From: a virus
Reading direction: 5' to 3' (one strand)
Length of the DNA stretch: 64,000 nucleotides
Virus record (IMG/VR): IMGVR_UViG_3300043811_000074
Span: 8,721 to 72,720 of that record
Shown: one piece after another, positions 1 through 9,628 of the stretch
How the letters are laid out: every line of letters begins with the position of its first letter
Position numbering within the stretch: the first letter of the stretch is position 1
Notes under the pieces: generated by a model
What the model saw: the letters and a program-made list of their open reading frames with translations, nothing else
What the model was told of the DNA's origin: nothing
The model's database searches: none
Position numbers and translations under genes: made by a program

Positions 1-1
1 C

Positions 2-910
2 AAGGTCAAGGAAGGGTACGAATACCCCGGCCTGCTCTGGCCGCAACTGGTTGATGAATGGAACACGACGTTTCTGGAAGGTGAAGTCGTGCCAGGTGTC
101 GGCGAGATCGGGGCGGCAAACATTCAGGTCGTGAGCGAGGCAGAAGAGTTTCCCTATCTCGGTCTGAATGAGGAAAAAATCACGTTTGGTCCGCTGGAGA
201 AACGCGGCTTCATCGTCGCCATCACGCGCGAAATTTTGATTGCCGATAACACCGGCCTCATCATGCAACGGTCGAACAACGGCGGCAAGTTTTTGTCCAT
301 CAACAAAGAACAGCGCGTCCTGAACGTGGTCACTGGTCAGGTCAATACCTACGTCCGCAACGGCGTGGCATCGAACACCTACCAGACGAGCGGCAGCTAC
401 GTCAACAGCATCGCCAATCCACTGATCGACTGGCGGGCGCTCGAGACTGGTGAACTTCTGTTTGATGCCATCACCGATCCGAACACGGGCCTGCCGATCC
501 TTCAGCAGATTGCCAAACTCAAGATTCTTGTGCCGTCAGCGCTCAAGCGCACGGCGGAGCGCATCATCCGTGGCACGCAACTGCGGGTTGGCGATGGTGC
601 TTCCTTCTCCAGCGCGACCTATACGCCGGTCACAGGCGGCGTGCCCGGTCAAGGCGCGGCCGGGATTAGCGACTATGGACCGGTTCTGTCCAACGCCTTT
701 GTCAAGCTGGCCACAAGTTCCGCAAGCCAATGGTTCACTGGCGATTTCCCGGGCGCATTTGTTTATCGCACGGCCTGGGACATTGAGGACGTGACAAGCG
801 GCGAACAATCGGAGGCCGCGTTCAATCGCGACGTGGTGTACCGCGTCAAGGTCAGCGAAATGGGCGCGCCGGGTACGCTGGAGCCAAGAAAAGCGCAACA
901 GAACACCTAA
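2..910 (+). CDS. major capsid protein (Mu gpT-like/HK97 fold), 5'-truncated by window edge
   Basis: Frame is open from nt 2 (KVKEGYEYPGLLW...). The EEFPY...KRGFIVAITREILIADNTG motif resembles Mu-like major head subunits. It is the first gene of the head-tail module. Confidence 0.75.
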   Translation, partial: KVKEGYEYPGLLWPQLVDEWNTTFLEGEVVPGVGEIGAANIQVVSEAEEFPYLGLNEEKITFGPLEKRGFIVAITREILIADNTGLIMQRSNNGGKFLSINKEQRVLNVVTGQVNTYVRNGVASNTYQTSGSYVNSIANPLIDWRALETGELLFDAITDPNTGLPILQQIAKLKILVPSALKRTAERIIRGTQLRVGDGASFSSATYTPVTGGVPGQGAAGISDYGPVLSNAFVKLATSSASQWFTGDFPGAFVYRTAWDIEDVTSGEQSEAAFNRDVVYRVKVSEMGAPGTLEPRKAQQNT

Positions 911-966
911 TAAATGAAGCGCGATTTGCAAAGGCGCAGCTGCACCTTTGCTCGGGAGAGTGAGTC

Positions 967-1416
967 ATGGCCAAGAGCAAAGAAGAAATGGATACGCCAG
1001 CCGCCGAGAAGAACCAGAACATCGACCCCAGCATGTTTGCCATGTTCCAGCAATGGATGCAGGCGACGGTGACAGGGCCGGTGCAAGATCAACTTCAAGC
1101 GGCGAAGCGCGAACGTGAATCCATCGAGTTCCACGAAAAGCTGCGCGCTGAGATTTCCAAGCCGCTCAAGCAATCCAACCAAGAGAAGTTGGAAAAGCAG
1201 TTCGGCAATTGTCCGCTGCGCTTCAAAGTGTGGATGTCGGAAGTGGACAAGAAAACCGGCAAAGCGACTGAACCGCCAACGGGCGAAATCGACAAATTTA
1301 CTGGGATGCCGGCCCTGGAAATTCCGGCGCACAGCGAGGCAGAAGCGCGCGGCATCTACAACCAGTTTTGCGGCATTCGGTGGGCACAGACGCCAGCCCA
1401 CGTCAAGCAACTGTAA
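967..1416 (+). CDS. hypothetical protein
   Basis: 149-aa ORF with GGGAG SD, directly after the capsid gene. Confidence 0.7.
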   Translation: MAKSKEEMDTPAAEKNQNIDPSMFAMFQQWMQATVTGPVQDQLQAAKRERESIEFHEKLRAEISKPLKQSNQEKLEKQFGNCPLRFKVWMSEVDKKTGKATEPPTGEIDKFTGMPALEIPAHSEAEARGIYNQFCGIRWAQTPAHVKQL

Positions 1417-1432
1417 CCGTTGAGGTTTTCCA

Positions 1433-2344
1433 ATGGCTTATGATTTTCTCGTTGCCAGTGGTCAACTGCCCGCCAGTGCTGGCCTGTTGCTCAACGGCAG
1501 TGCCATGCAGGTTCCTGGCACAGGTCTGCGTGGCGTTTTCGCCAATGTCGGTGCCAGTACGGAGACGGTGATTATCACCCTGACTCCGGTTGCGCCGCAG
1601 ACTGTGACGGCCCGGCGCATTGCCAAGGCGATTCTTGCGCCGGGCGACATTCTCTACCTCAGTGGCATCAACCTGCCTTCGGGTTGTTTGCTGAACGGGC
1701 AGACGACCGATGCCACGAGTGTTGATTACACCATTTACGGCACGGTCGGCTCGGACAGCGGCCCTGTTGAGGCATTCGTACAAACTTCGAACGGCTCGCG
1801 CAAGAGCGTTAGCAGTGGCGGCCTGGTCACGACGCAGACTCAGGGGGCAAATGGCCTTTTCGCCACACCATTGCCCATGTTGGCCTGGAAGAACACGGAC
1901 GGCACAACGCTTGCCGCCGCTGCCTCTGCCGGCAAGTTCGGCATGACGGTGACGCTGGCGACGGCAGCTTTTCTGCTCGGTGAAGTGGCGAACACGAACA
2001 CCAAGACCGATGATGCCCTTCAGGAGTTTGATCTGCCGCCGTGGTATGTGGCGGGCAGTAACCTGACCGTCAATGTCAACGCGAGCATCAATGGGGCTGG
2101 CACGCCGGGAACCAAGACGGCACAAATTAAGTGCTATCGCACAGCCAGCGACGGCACGCAAGGCGCGGACATCGGGCCGGGCACAACGGGAGCCATTACT
2201 GTCGCTGGCGCGGACATTCCGTTTACCATTACCGGCACGACGCTGAATCCTGGTGATCGGGTGATGTTTGAATTGGAAGTCGTGCTGCAAGAGACGGGCG
2301 GCACGAACATCAATGCGAAGGTCAACAGCGCCAGGGTGAGTTAA
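1433..2344 (+). CDS. putative virion structural protein (beta-rich, head decoration/fibre-like)
   Basis: 303 aa, Thr/Gly/Ala-rich, in the head module; stop overlaps the next start (TAATG). Confidence 0.55.
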   Translation: MAYDFLVASGQLPASAGLLLNGSAMQVPGTGLRGVFANVGASTETVIITLTPVAPQTVTARRIAKAILAPGDILYLSGINLPSGCLLNGQTTDATSVDYTIYGTVGSDSGPVEAFVQTSNGSRKSVSSGGLVTTQTQGANGLFATPLPMLAWKNTDGTTLAAAASAGKFGMTVTLATAAFLLGEVANTNTKTDDALQEFDLPPWYVAGSNLTVNVNASINGAGTPGTKTAQIKCYRTASDGTQGADIGPGTTGAITVAGADIPFTITGTTLNPGDRVMFELEVVLQETGGTNINAKVNSARVS

Positions 2345-2661
2345 TGCGTGTGAAGAAAATTTCCGCCGTGTCCACGATCCACGCGAATCAGATTGTGGCC
2401 GGTGTCGCAGGGCAAAGGATTTTCGTCTATGCCTATCACCTGTCCTTTTCGGGCACGGTCAACGCCAAATGGCAGGACGGCAGCACGGACCTGACTGGTT
2501 TGGATTATGGGGTTGCGGGCGTGATTTCCGACAGCCCGACCACGAAAGGACAAATGGGTAGTGCGCCGCTTTTTAGTTGTGCGGCAGGAGACGACCTGAA
2601 TTTGAATCTGAGCGTTGGTTCGGTCCCGGTCAGTGGCTATGTGGTCTATGACCAAAGGTAA
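2344..2661 (+). CDS. small virion protein, paralog 1
   Basis: Shares VAGQRI.V..YHLSF.G.VN.KWQDG.STDLTGLDYG with the next gene. Confidence 0.7.
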   Translation: MRVKKISAVSTIHANQIVAGVAGQRIFVYAYHLSFSGTVNAKWQDGSTDLTGLDYGVAGVISDSPTTKGQMGSAPLFSCAAGDDLNLNLSVGSVPVSGYVVYDQR

Positions 2662-2663
2662 AC

Positions 2664-2975
2664 ATGCCAGCAACAGCCATAGTCCAGGTATCGGCAACTG
2701 GCGCAATCGTGGCTGCAGTGGCGGGGCAACGCATAACGGTTTGGTCCTATCACCTGAGTTTCGCCGGCTCGGTGAATGTCAAGTGGCAGGACGGGGCCAG
2801 CACCGACTTGACGGGTTTGGATTACGGCGCGGCGAACATAATCTCGAACAGTCCACCCGTGACGGATCAACAGGGCAAAAGTTTTCTGTTTCGGACTTCA
2901 TTGGGCAATGCGTTGTACCTGAACCTGTCCGGCGCGGTGGCGGTTGGCGGGTATGTGATTTACGAACAGGGGTAA
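2664..2975 (+). CDS. small virion protein, paralog 2
   Basis: Tandem paralog of 2344..2661. Confidence 0.7.
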   Translation: MPATAIVQVSATGAIVAAVAGQRITVWSYHLSFAGSVNVKWQDGASTDLTGLDYGAANIISNSPPVTDQQGKSFLFRTSLGNALYLNLSGAVAVGGYVIYEQG

Positions 2976-2996
2976 AGCGCAACGGAAGAGAACCTG

Positions 2997-3224
2997 ATGA
3001 CTGACATTAAGATACCAGCATGGGCCAAACTGCGACGTTGCGGCGGTGGCTATAAGGTGATGCTGCAAGATGGCGCTATACTCCACGGTTTGTACAAGCG
3101 AAAATGCGTGCCGGTTGTGGGTTTCTATGTTTGCGCCAGCGACCGCGCTGCCCAACGAATCATGCGTGGTTTGCAATGGATGCGTGAGACGATTTATAAG
3201 CATACTGGCATAACGCCGGTGTAA
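2997..3224 (+). CDS. hypothetical protein
   Basis: 75-aa ORF that fills the operon gap. Confidence 0.5.
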   Translation: MTDIKIPAWAKLRRCGGGYKVMLQDGAILHGLYKRKCVPVVGFYVCASDRAAQRIMRGLQWMRETIYKHTGITPV

Positions 3225-3226
3225 AC

Positions 3227-3907
3227 ATGGCGACGCGCATGGGCCTCTTCGATTTCTTCAGGCCCAAACCTGTTTTGCAGAGACCGATTCAAGCGCCCGG
3301 TTTGTTTGACGTGATGAGGCCGCGAGTGGAACCGAATACGCTTGACCACTTTTTGAAGGGCTACACGATCTTTCCCGATGCCGGCAGCATTATGTCGGCG
3401 CGGTATGTGAGCGAGCGGCAGCAGCTTGAAATCATGGACCATGCGGCTGGCCTGCACACTTACGACGATGTTGACGCGGTGATGGCGGAACAGTTTTATT
3501 CGACCGATAACAAGGATCAATGGCTTGCCGACACCTACCAAAAAACCGCGCATCGGCCAGTGGATTTGGGCAGACCGATTGAGCCGCAGGACATTCGGGT
3601 GACGGCAGACCCAGCGCACATGAAGGCATTCGTCGATGGCCATTTGACGCTGCACTTTACGAGCAGTTTCGGCCCGGTCGTGGCGAAGTATGACCCGAAG
3701 AAAGAAGCCCTGGGGTGTGTGTTCAAAAGCGGCTTTGTCGGGACATACCTGAATGTGCCGAAGAGCGAAGCGGAATCGCTGGCGGCATCGACAAGCAAAG
3801 GCAAGTGGTTCCATGCTCACGTTAAGTTAGGGTACAATCCTGACCGGACATGGATTCATCGTTATCCTCTGGTTCGGAACACCTGGGTCGATCAGTACGC
3901 GGGGTAA
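3227..3907 (+). CDS. tandem KTSC-domain protein
   Basis: Two KTSC-like repeats: SIMSARYVSERQQLEI...YDDV...KDQW and SS..VAKYDPKKEALGCVFKSG..TYLNVP..AESLAASTSKGKWFHAHVK. Confidence 0.7.
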   Translation: MATRMGLFDFFRPKPVLQRPIQAPGLFDVMRPRVEPNTLDHFLKGYTIFPDAGSIMSARYVSERQQLEIMDHAAGLHTYDDVDAVMAEQFYSTDNKDQWLADTYQKTAHRPVDLGRPIEPQDIRVTADPAHMKAFVDGHLTLHFTSSFGPVVAKYDPKKEALGCVFKSGFVGTYLNVPKSEAESLAASTSKGKWFHAHVKLGYNPDRTWIHRYPLVRNTWVDQYAG

Positions 3908-3910
3908 GCC

Positions 3911-4174
3911 GTGAGCGTCGCCACTCAACTGACGAACATTAATGCGGCGCTGGACGCTATGACGGCGGAAGTCGCGGCAATGGCGACGAACCCGAAGCCC
4001 TATTATGTCATCCCGCCCAATATGGCTGGCGCGGGCAGTACGATTTCTGCCGTGGAGTATCGCAAGTTCCTGAGCGAGCAGATTGATGCGCTGATCGAAC
4101 AGCGGCAGAAAGTGGAAGAGCCTTGGCAGGTGAATCGCTCTTTGGGCAATCGTGGCTGGCGCGGAGGCTGGTAA
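3911..4174 (+). CDS. putative head completion/adaptor protein (gpW-like)
   Basis: 87 aa with a helix-strand-helix pattern; sits before the connector genes. Confidence 0.45.
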   Translation: MSVATQLTNINAALDAMTAEVAAMATNPKPYYVIPPNMAGAGSTISAVEYRKFLSEQIDALIEQRQKVEEPWQVNRSLGNRGWRGGW

Positions 4175-4564
4175 ATGGCGCTGCTCTGCCCGGTCAATGA
4201 GTTCTTGAAGCGCAAGGATTGGTCCATCGTGGCGCAACTGGTTTCCGATGCGGGCGCGACGCCGCCGACACAGGTGCAACTGCTGACTGATGCGAACACG
4301 ATAGCGGCGCTGGATTCGGCATCAGGTGACTTTCAGGCCGGCGCAACAGCAATGGGCCGCTACACCGATGCGAGCCTGGCGGCAATTGCGAGCGGGGCGG
4401 ACAGTCCGGGGCAAGCGCTGATGTTCGACTGTGTCAGTGACCTGGCCATGATGAAACTGTACCGGCGCAAGCCGCAGTTGATTCCCGATCAGATACACGA
4501 TGCGTGGCTCAAGGCGCTCTGGCAAGCGGAACAACTGAAGCTCGGCGATCAGACGTTAAACTAG
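4175..4564 (+). CDS. head-tail connector, Mu gp36/DUF1320-like
   Basis: QLVSD...AALDSASGD...GRY...CVSDLAMMKLYRR pattern; position in neck region. Confidence 0.55.
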   Translation: MALLCPVNEFLKRKDWSIVAQLVSDAGATPPTQVQLLTDANTIAALDSASGDFQAGATAMGRYTDASLAAIASGADSPGQALMFDCVSDLAMMKLYRRKPQLIPDQIHDAWLKALWQAEQLKLGDQTLN

Positions 4565-4572
4565 GGTGAGTC

Positions 4573-5079
4573 GTGAGCAATGCCAACACGCCGCATGAAG
4601 TGCTGAAGGCGGGCGTCACGACAATTATAGCGGGCATGACGCTTGTTTCCGACGACGGCTCGCTGGCAATCGGCCAGAACGTCTATAACCAGATGCTCAC
4701 GGACGAAACGGTCTCCAAATGGCCGAATGTGCTGGTGACAACAGAGGGTTTGCGAGAAGAACCGTTCGGCAGCGATACGAACAACATTTGGACCTGGTTT
4801 CCGGTCGCGGTCGGGATCATGGATCGGGACGCTAAACGGACGCCGGCGCGCGAAGGTGATTATTTCGCGTGGCGGCTGGCGATTAAGCAGCGGTTTTTTC
4901 AGAAGGCGAACCTGATTGATTTGTCCGTGTGCAGCGTGCCGCCGATTCCTGTTATCTATGTTTGCAACTGGTGCGAAGTGCGGCACGGGTCGATTTTGGA
5001 GCAGGAACCGAAAGCGAAAGAGTTTCTGAAATCGAGCTTGACGCTGCGTTTTTTCGTCATTGAAACACGCATGCCCTAA
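4573..5079 (+). CDS. putative tail terminator/completion protein
   Basis: 168 aa between connector and tail tube genes; call rests on synteny. Confidence 0.4.
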   Translation: MSNANTPHEVLKAGVTTIIAGMTLVSDDGSLAIGQNVYNQMLTDETVSKWPNVLVTTEGLREEPFGSDTNNIWTWFPVAVGIMDRDAKRTPAREGDYFAWRLAIKQRFFQKANLIDLSVCSVPPIPVIYVCNWCEVRHGSILEQEPKAKEFLKSSLTLRFFVIETRMP

Positions 5080-5111
5080 CGAGGGCGGAGGGTATTCCGA
5101 TTGCTGACCTC

Positions 5112-5516
5112 GTGATCACTTCAACTTTGGTCGTTGCAACCAATGTCCCGCAACCCAAGACGGGCATTGCGGGCGGCACGATTACAGCGGGTGAACTCCT
5201 GATCGGCCCGACCACGGCGCTTGCTGCCGCCAAGAGCGATACGCTCGCGGATATTGGCGTTGTCGGCGTGGCACTGACGGGTGGGGCCGTGGGGCAGCTG
5301 ATTAACTATGCGGGCAATCAGGGCGATGTCGTGACCATCGGCGCGACGGTCGCGCATGGGGAGACCTACTGCGCCTCTGCCAACGCGGGGAAGATTGCGC
5401 CCATTACGGACAAGACGACGGGCGAGTACATTTTCGTCCTGGGCTTCACGACGCCGGGCAGTACAACCACGATCACACTGACCATGCAGAGTTACGGCAA
5501 CCAAACGCACTATTGA
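5112..5516 (+). CDS. virion structural protein (cement/DUF2190-like)
   Basis: AGGTITAGE...VVGVALTGGAVGQ motif typical of small beta-rich cement proteins. Confidence 0.45.
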   Translation: MITSTLVVATNVPQPKTGIAGGTITAGELLIGPTTALAAAKSDTLADIGVVGVALTGGAVGQLINYAGNQGDVVTIGATVAHGETYCASANAGKIAPITDKTTGEYIFVLGFTTPGSTTTITLTMQSYGNQTHY

Positions 5517-5530
5517 TCGGGAGCGCATAA

Positions 5531-6112
5531 ATGGCTGGCAACAATGTGTTGGTTGGTCCTCTGGGAAAGGTCGTGCTTTGCACCACGACCAATGCTGCCG
5601 CCGTTTTGACGGCGGCGACTCAGGGACTTATTCAAGGTGCCGGCGGCCTCGTTCTCGGCGTGCGCGAAGGAACCGGCGTTTTCGATGAGGATATGCCCGA
5701 AAGCACGGATACGAACGATACTCCCGACAAAGCCTACGCGATGGGCAATCATGCGATGCGCTGGACGATTCGGACTTACCGGCAGACGACGGGTGCGCTT
5801 GCCAATGGTCCGCCGCATGGGTCGCTCGTCGGTGGCAATCCCAATACGGGCGGTATGGGATTCGTCCCGACGGGCCTTGGGCCTGGTGGTGGTGGTATCG
5901 TCGTGGCTTGCTTCATTTTCCCCTATGGGTTTACCGGCGGCGCTGCTGGTACAACTCTTGGGCCGCCGATTGTGGCAACGAATGCCTATGTGTTTCCCGT
6001 CTTCAAGATCAACCAATTCCGCCCCACGCTGCGCGTCGAAGGTTCTGCCAATCAGGAGTTTGATTTCGACGGCACAAGCAGCGGCGCGAAGGGCATCCCG
6101 ACGCTGGTGTAA
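5531..6112 (+). CDS. putative tail tube protein
   Basis: 193 aa immediately upstream of the chaperone and tape measure genes; C-terminal EFDFDGTSSG strand. Confidence 0.45.
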   Translation: MAGNNVLVGPLGKVVLCTTTNAAAVLTAATQGLIQGAGGLVLGVREGTGVFDEDMPESTDTNDTPDKAYAMGNHAMRWTIRTYRQTTGALANGPPHGSLVGGNPNTGGMGFVPTGLGPGGGGIVVACFIFPYGFTGGAAGTTLGPPIVATNAYVFPVFKINQFRPTLRVEGSANQEFDFDGTSSGAKGIPTLV

Positions 6113-6121
6113 GGAATAAGA

Positions 6122-6670
6122 ATGGACGGCGTTCTTGAAACAATGGGCATTGCCACGTTTGATTGGAACGAGCAGACCTGGACATTGCCCAGGCCAAATG
6201 GCAGCGCGGAAGGGATGATCCGCACCTACCTGCAACACCGCGAACGGTATTGGGTGCAGGTGCAGTTTGAATATGATCACCCCGACTTCCCCAAGGGGAA
6301 AATGGGCATCGCTGAATACTCATTCCACATGGAAGGCTGGCGGGCCTCGAACGTCAAAGGCAAATGGGCCTTTCGCAAGCCCGATTGGGCGCAGGCGATG
6401 GAGAACGACACAGATTGCTTCGCCGAGATGGTTTATCTGTGTCTGACGCAGGTAACGAAACAGGCGGAAGTGAGCCGGGCCGAAGTGCGGAAGATGGTCA
6501 AGGACAAGCAAGAGGATTGCGACCGGAAACGGGAAGAGGCATTCAAGGCAGGCATGGAACCGGAGAAGATTTACGCGACGATCAACAGTGAGATCATGGA
6601 AGCCTTTCGAGGGTTGCTTGCGCCAACCCCTTCGATAGCCCCCACGGTTACGGTGGGGGCGAAACGCTGA
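6122..6670 (+). CDS. tail assembly chaperone (gpG-like)
   Basis: Lies between tail tube and tape measure; overlapped by an open -1 frame. Confidence 0.6.
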   Translation: MDGVLETMGIATFDWNEQTWTLPRPNGSAEGMIRTYLQHRERYWVQVQFEYDHPDFPKGKMGIAEYSFHMEGWRASNVKGKWAFRKPDWAQAMENDTDCFAEMVYLCLTQVTKQAEVSRAEVRKMVKDKQEDCDRKREEAFKAGMEPEKIYATINSEIMEAFRGLLAPTPSIAPTVTVGAKR

Positions 6671-6963
6671 ACTACCCGGAAATCTGTGCCGTTCTTTTTG
6701 AGCGGGCCGGTTGGAGCAAAGAGAAGTGCTTGGAACATGACCGCTGGTATTTGGCGAACATCTGTTGCCGGGCGCGAGACAGCAAGGGCAATCTGATGGT
6801 CATGCCCAAACCACACGCACCCTACCTGAATCCGAAAGAAGAATGGTTCGATGCCCGGCGCAAGTTGGGCATCCCGGAGTGGCAGATACAAGAGACCTGG
6901 GACGAATACGAAAGAGCCGCACAGCGAACGCAGATGAATGGCAGACACACCCGCACGTCCTGA
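6592..6963 (+). CDS. tail assembly chaperone -1 frameshift extension (gpGT-like)
   Basis: The -1 frame is open from 6592 to TGA 6963 and has no good start of its own. ACC-CCT-TCG is followed by an 8-bp hairpin GCCCCCAC/GTGGGGGC (6638-6660). Confidence 0.55.
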   Translation, partial: DHGSLSRVACANPFDSPHGYGGGETLNYPEICAVLFERAGWSKEKCLEHDRWYLANICCRARDSKGNLMVMPKPHAPYLNPKEEWFDARRKLGIPEWQIQETWDEYERAAQRTQMNGRHTRTS

Positions 6964-9628
6964 CGATGAAGAAGCCGGCGCAAATGCTGCGCTGTTGACT
7001 CCAGAAGAACACGCGCTCGCCACTCAACTGAACCTTGATCTTGCTGCTGCTAGTAAAGCAGGCGACAAGGCAAAAGTCAGGGAAATAGAAGTACGTCTCA
7101 AACAAATCGATCCTTTTAATCAGGCCGTTTTTGGTTATGGTCAAACGGCCGGTACATTTCTTGATCCTAGGCAAACATTAAGCGAGACAGAAGTCGAAGC
7201 TACGAGAAAGCGTCTCACTTATGGGACAGCTGCCGAACGTGCAGCCGCACAAAGTTCGTTTAGTCAACCGCAACTCAGCGCGCTGGCGCAGCAACTCAAG
7301 GCATTGGAGCCTGAATTTACCGATGCTGATTTGCTGGCGATGGACGATAACGAAATTGCAGCAAATATCAAGATTCGGCAACCTGTCCAGGAACAAACAA
7401 AGTCGGTCGGTTTGCACAGTTTCCTTTCGGCAGACAAGCCGCTGTCCATCAAGCAATTAAGCAAATTGTCAGGCTTGCCAGCCGATCAGGTTGGTATGGA
7501 CTTAAAGCCGTTGCTTGAAGCGGGGCATATCGAAAGCAAGGTCATTCGCGGCAATGTGACCTACCGTTCTACTCAGCAGTTTTTCACCGGCGGCGAAATC
7601 CAAGGCGAAGGTGGTCCCACGGACGATGCCGAGACGATCAAGGCCAGTCCCGGCGAGTTCGTCGAGCAAGCCTCTGCCGTATCCCGTGAAGGTCCGGCGA
7701 AGATGGAAGCCCTGAATGAGGGGCAGGCGCATATCGTCGGCAACGCGCCCGGCTTTTCCCACGGCGGCTTACTGGGCCGTGCGCGTCCGGGCGTGCTGCG
7801 CGGTGCAGGCATGGGGCCAGAACAGCAAGGACCGCCCGGCCCGCGCCCGCTCATGGGGGGGCCGCCGCGCCGTCCGCCAGCGCCACCGCCAGTTGCGACG
7901 ATGCCGGAGCCAGAAGAACCGACACCGCCCAGCACGTCTACCGATCCGACCGTCGCAGCGCACGATCGCGCGGCAGCGGAACGGTTGCAACGGTACGCGG
8001 CAGAACACAAGGCGCAACAGGCGGCAGCACGAGCGGCGCAACAGGCCGCCATACCAGCGCAACGACCGCCGCGCACCGTGGCACAAGATGCCATGTCGGC
8101 GCTCTACGGCGTTGTGCCGCTGCCGCTGGCGCCGACGCCGCCTATCCCGGCCAGTACGCTCGCGCAAGGCTTATACGGCACGCAGCCACCGCAGCCAATG
8201 GCGCACGCTATTCCGCTTGGACCGCAGCAAGACCCGGCCCTCCTGAGCCGCACACAGAAGATTTACAGCGAGTTGACGGCGAAATCCGATCAGCAGCGGG
8301 CCTTGACCGCGCAGGCAGCCGGGACGCCGTATCAACCATTAAATCAGCAACAGCAGCAAGCCCTGTACGCGCAAGCGGCAGGCCGGGCGCTGCAAGAGTT
8401 TGAAGCAAAGACAAGGCTGGCCGGCGCGGGCCTGGATGCGTTCGGGCGGCGTGCCATCACCATCGCGGGCGGCCTGATCCGTGGCGGCGCGGCTGGAGTC
8501 ATGGGCGCGGCAGGGTCGATCCCGGCCCTGTCTCAGACGGTCGGCGGCTCGGTCGGTCTGGTCCGCGGCGAGATTGGGATTATTCTCGCGCCGACGTTGC
8601 TGAATCTGGCGAGCGGGTTACAAGGCTTGTCGCGCCGATTGCAGAGCATTTCGCCGGAAGGCAGGAGTGGCCTCAATACGCTGGCGGTCAGTGCGCTCGC
8701 AATGGGCGGGGGCATGCGCCTGGGCGGTATGCTTGGCATGGGCAGTGCCGCCGGGTTAGGTATCGGTCTGTTGTCAATGGGTCTGATGCGCTCGGGGCAG
8801 CAAGGCGGACAGGGATTGGGAGCGGTTGAGAAGACAGCGGAACAGCTGGCCGTCACGTTCGGGCATCTGATGAAGGCGCTGGATCCGGCAATTGTCGGGT
8901 TAGGGCGGCTGACGGAAGCAGCACTGCGCATGGGTGGCGGGGCGCTGCAATTCGTGGACAAGATTGGCAGCGTTGCCGGGCCATCGGGCGGCGGCATGTT
9001 GCTCACGGCCTTGACTGGCGCTGCAATCGGCAGTTGGATGACGCGCAGTAGCGTTGGCCGTGGCAGCAGTAGCGCGGCTCTTGCCGCTTTCGAGGGTGCA
9101 GGGTCAGGCAGCGGCAATCGGTTCGGTGGCTTCTTCGGCACACGCCGTGGTATGTTGGCTGGGGCAGGCTTGGCAGTCGGTGCAGAATTGGCCGGAAGTG
9201 CTGATGAGCGGCACGGTCCAACCTGGCAAGGCAATATCGGTTGGACAGCGATGGGAGCAAGTATCGGCTCAGCCATTGCGCCAGGGTTCGGCACAGCCAT
9301 TGGTGCGGTTATCGGTCATGGCGCGCACTTATTATCTCATAGAATGGGTTGGATCGGTGGCGCGGCAGCGCCTTCGGAGGGCGGCTTGACCCGTCCCGAA
9401 GGCGTTACACAGCAGCAATGGAGTCAGTTCATGGCCGTCGGGACCGGCTTTCAAAGTCGCTCTGGCGGTCTGGAAGGTCTGCACGAGATGCTGCAACAAG
9501 AGGCTGTTCGCGACCCGATGCAGCAAGCGAACTTTGAGCAGCAAATGCGCGTCTTGCAACAGATTGAGCAGCACTTGCGACCTGGGGCCAGTGTCCCCGG
9601 CGCTCCCACTGGACTCAGGTTTGATTAA
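6938..9628 (+). CDS. tape measure protein with atypical N-terminal half
   Basis: 896 aa. Gly/Ala-rich amphipathic C-half with GASIGSAIAPGFGTAIGAVIG. Contains the TMP motif FFTGGEIQGEGGPTDD...ASPGEFV. Confidence 0.75.
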   Translation: MADTPARPDDEEAGANAALLTPEEHALATQLNLDLAAASKAGDKAKVREIEVRLKQIDPFNQAVFGYGQTAGTFLDPRQTLSETEVEATRKRLTYGTAAERAAAQSSFSQPQLSALAQQLKALEPEFTDADLLAMDDNEIAANIKIRQPVQEQTKSVGLHSFLSADKPLSIKQLSKLSGLPADQVGMDLKPLLEAGHIESKVIRGNVTYRSTQQFFTGGEIQGEGGPTDDAETIKASPGEFVEQASAVSREGPAKMEALNEGQAHIVGNAPGFSHGGLLGRARPGVLRGAGMGPEQQGPPGPRPLMGGPPRRPPAPPPVATMPEPEEPTPPSTSTDPTVAAHDRAAAERLQRYAAEHKAQQAAARAAQQAAIPAQRPPRTVAQDAMSALYGVVPLPLAPTPPIPASTLAQGLYGTQPPQPMAHAIPLGPQQDPALLSRTQKIYSELTAKSDQQRALTAQAAGTPYQPLNQQQQQALYAQAAGRALQEFEAKTRLAGAGLDAFGRRAITIAGGLIRGGAAGVMGAAGSIPALSQTVGGSVGLVRGEIGIILAPTLLNLASGLQGLSRRLQSISPEGRSGLNTLAVSALAMGGGMRLGGMLGMGSAAGLGIGLLSMGLMRSGQQGGQGLGAVEKTAEQLAVTFGHLMKALDPAIVGLGRLTEAALRMGGGALQFVDKIGSVAGPSGGGMLLTALTGAAIGSWMTRSSVGRGSSSAALAAFEGAGSGSGNRFGGFFGTRRGMLAGAGLAVGAELAGSADERHGPTWQGNIGWTAMGASIGSAIAPGFGTAIGAVIGHGAHLLSHRMGWIGGAAAPSEGGLTRPEGVTQQQWSQFMAVGTGFQSRSGGLEGLHEMLQQEAVRDPMQQANFEQQMRVLQQIEQHLRPGASVPGAPTGLRFD

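Noticed and set aside
1403-2290. 295-aa antisense ORF in the head module (and similar antisense ORFs at 5510..6280, 8533..9300, 23579..24676)
   Set aside because: Shadows of plus-strand genes in a co-oriented operon
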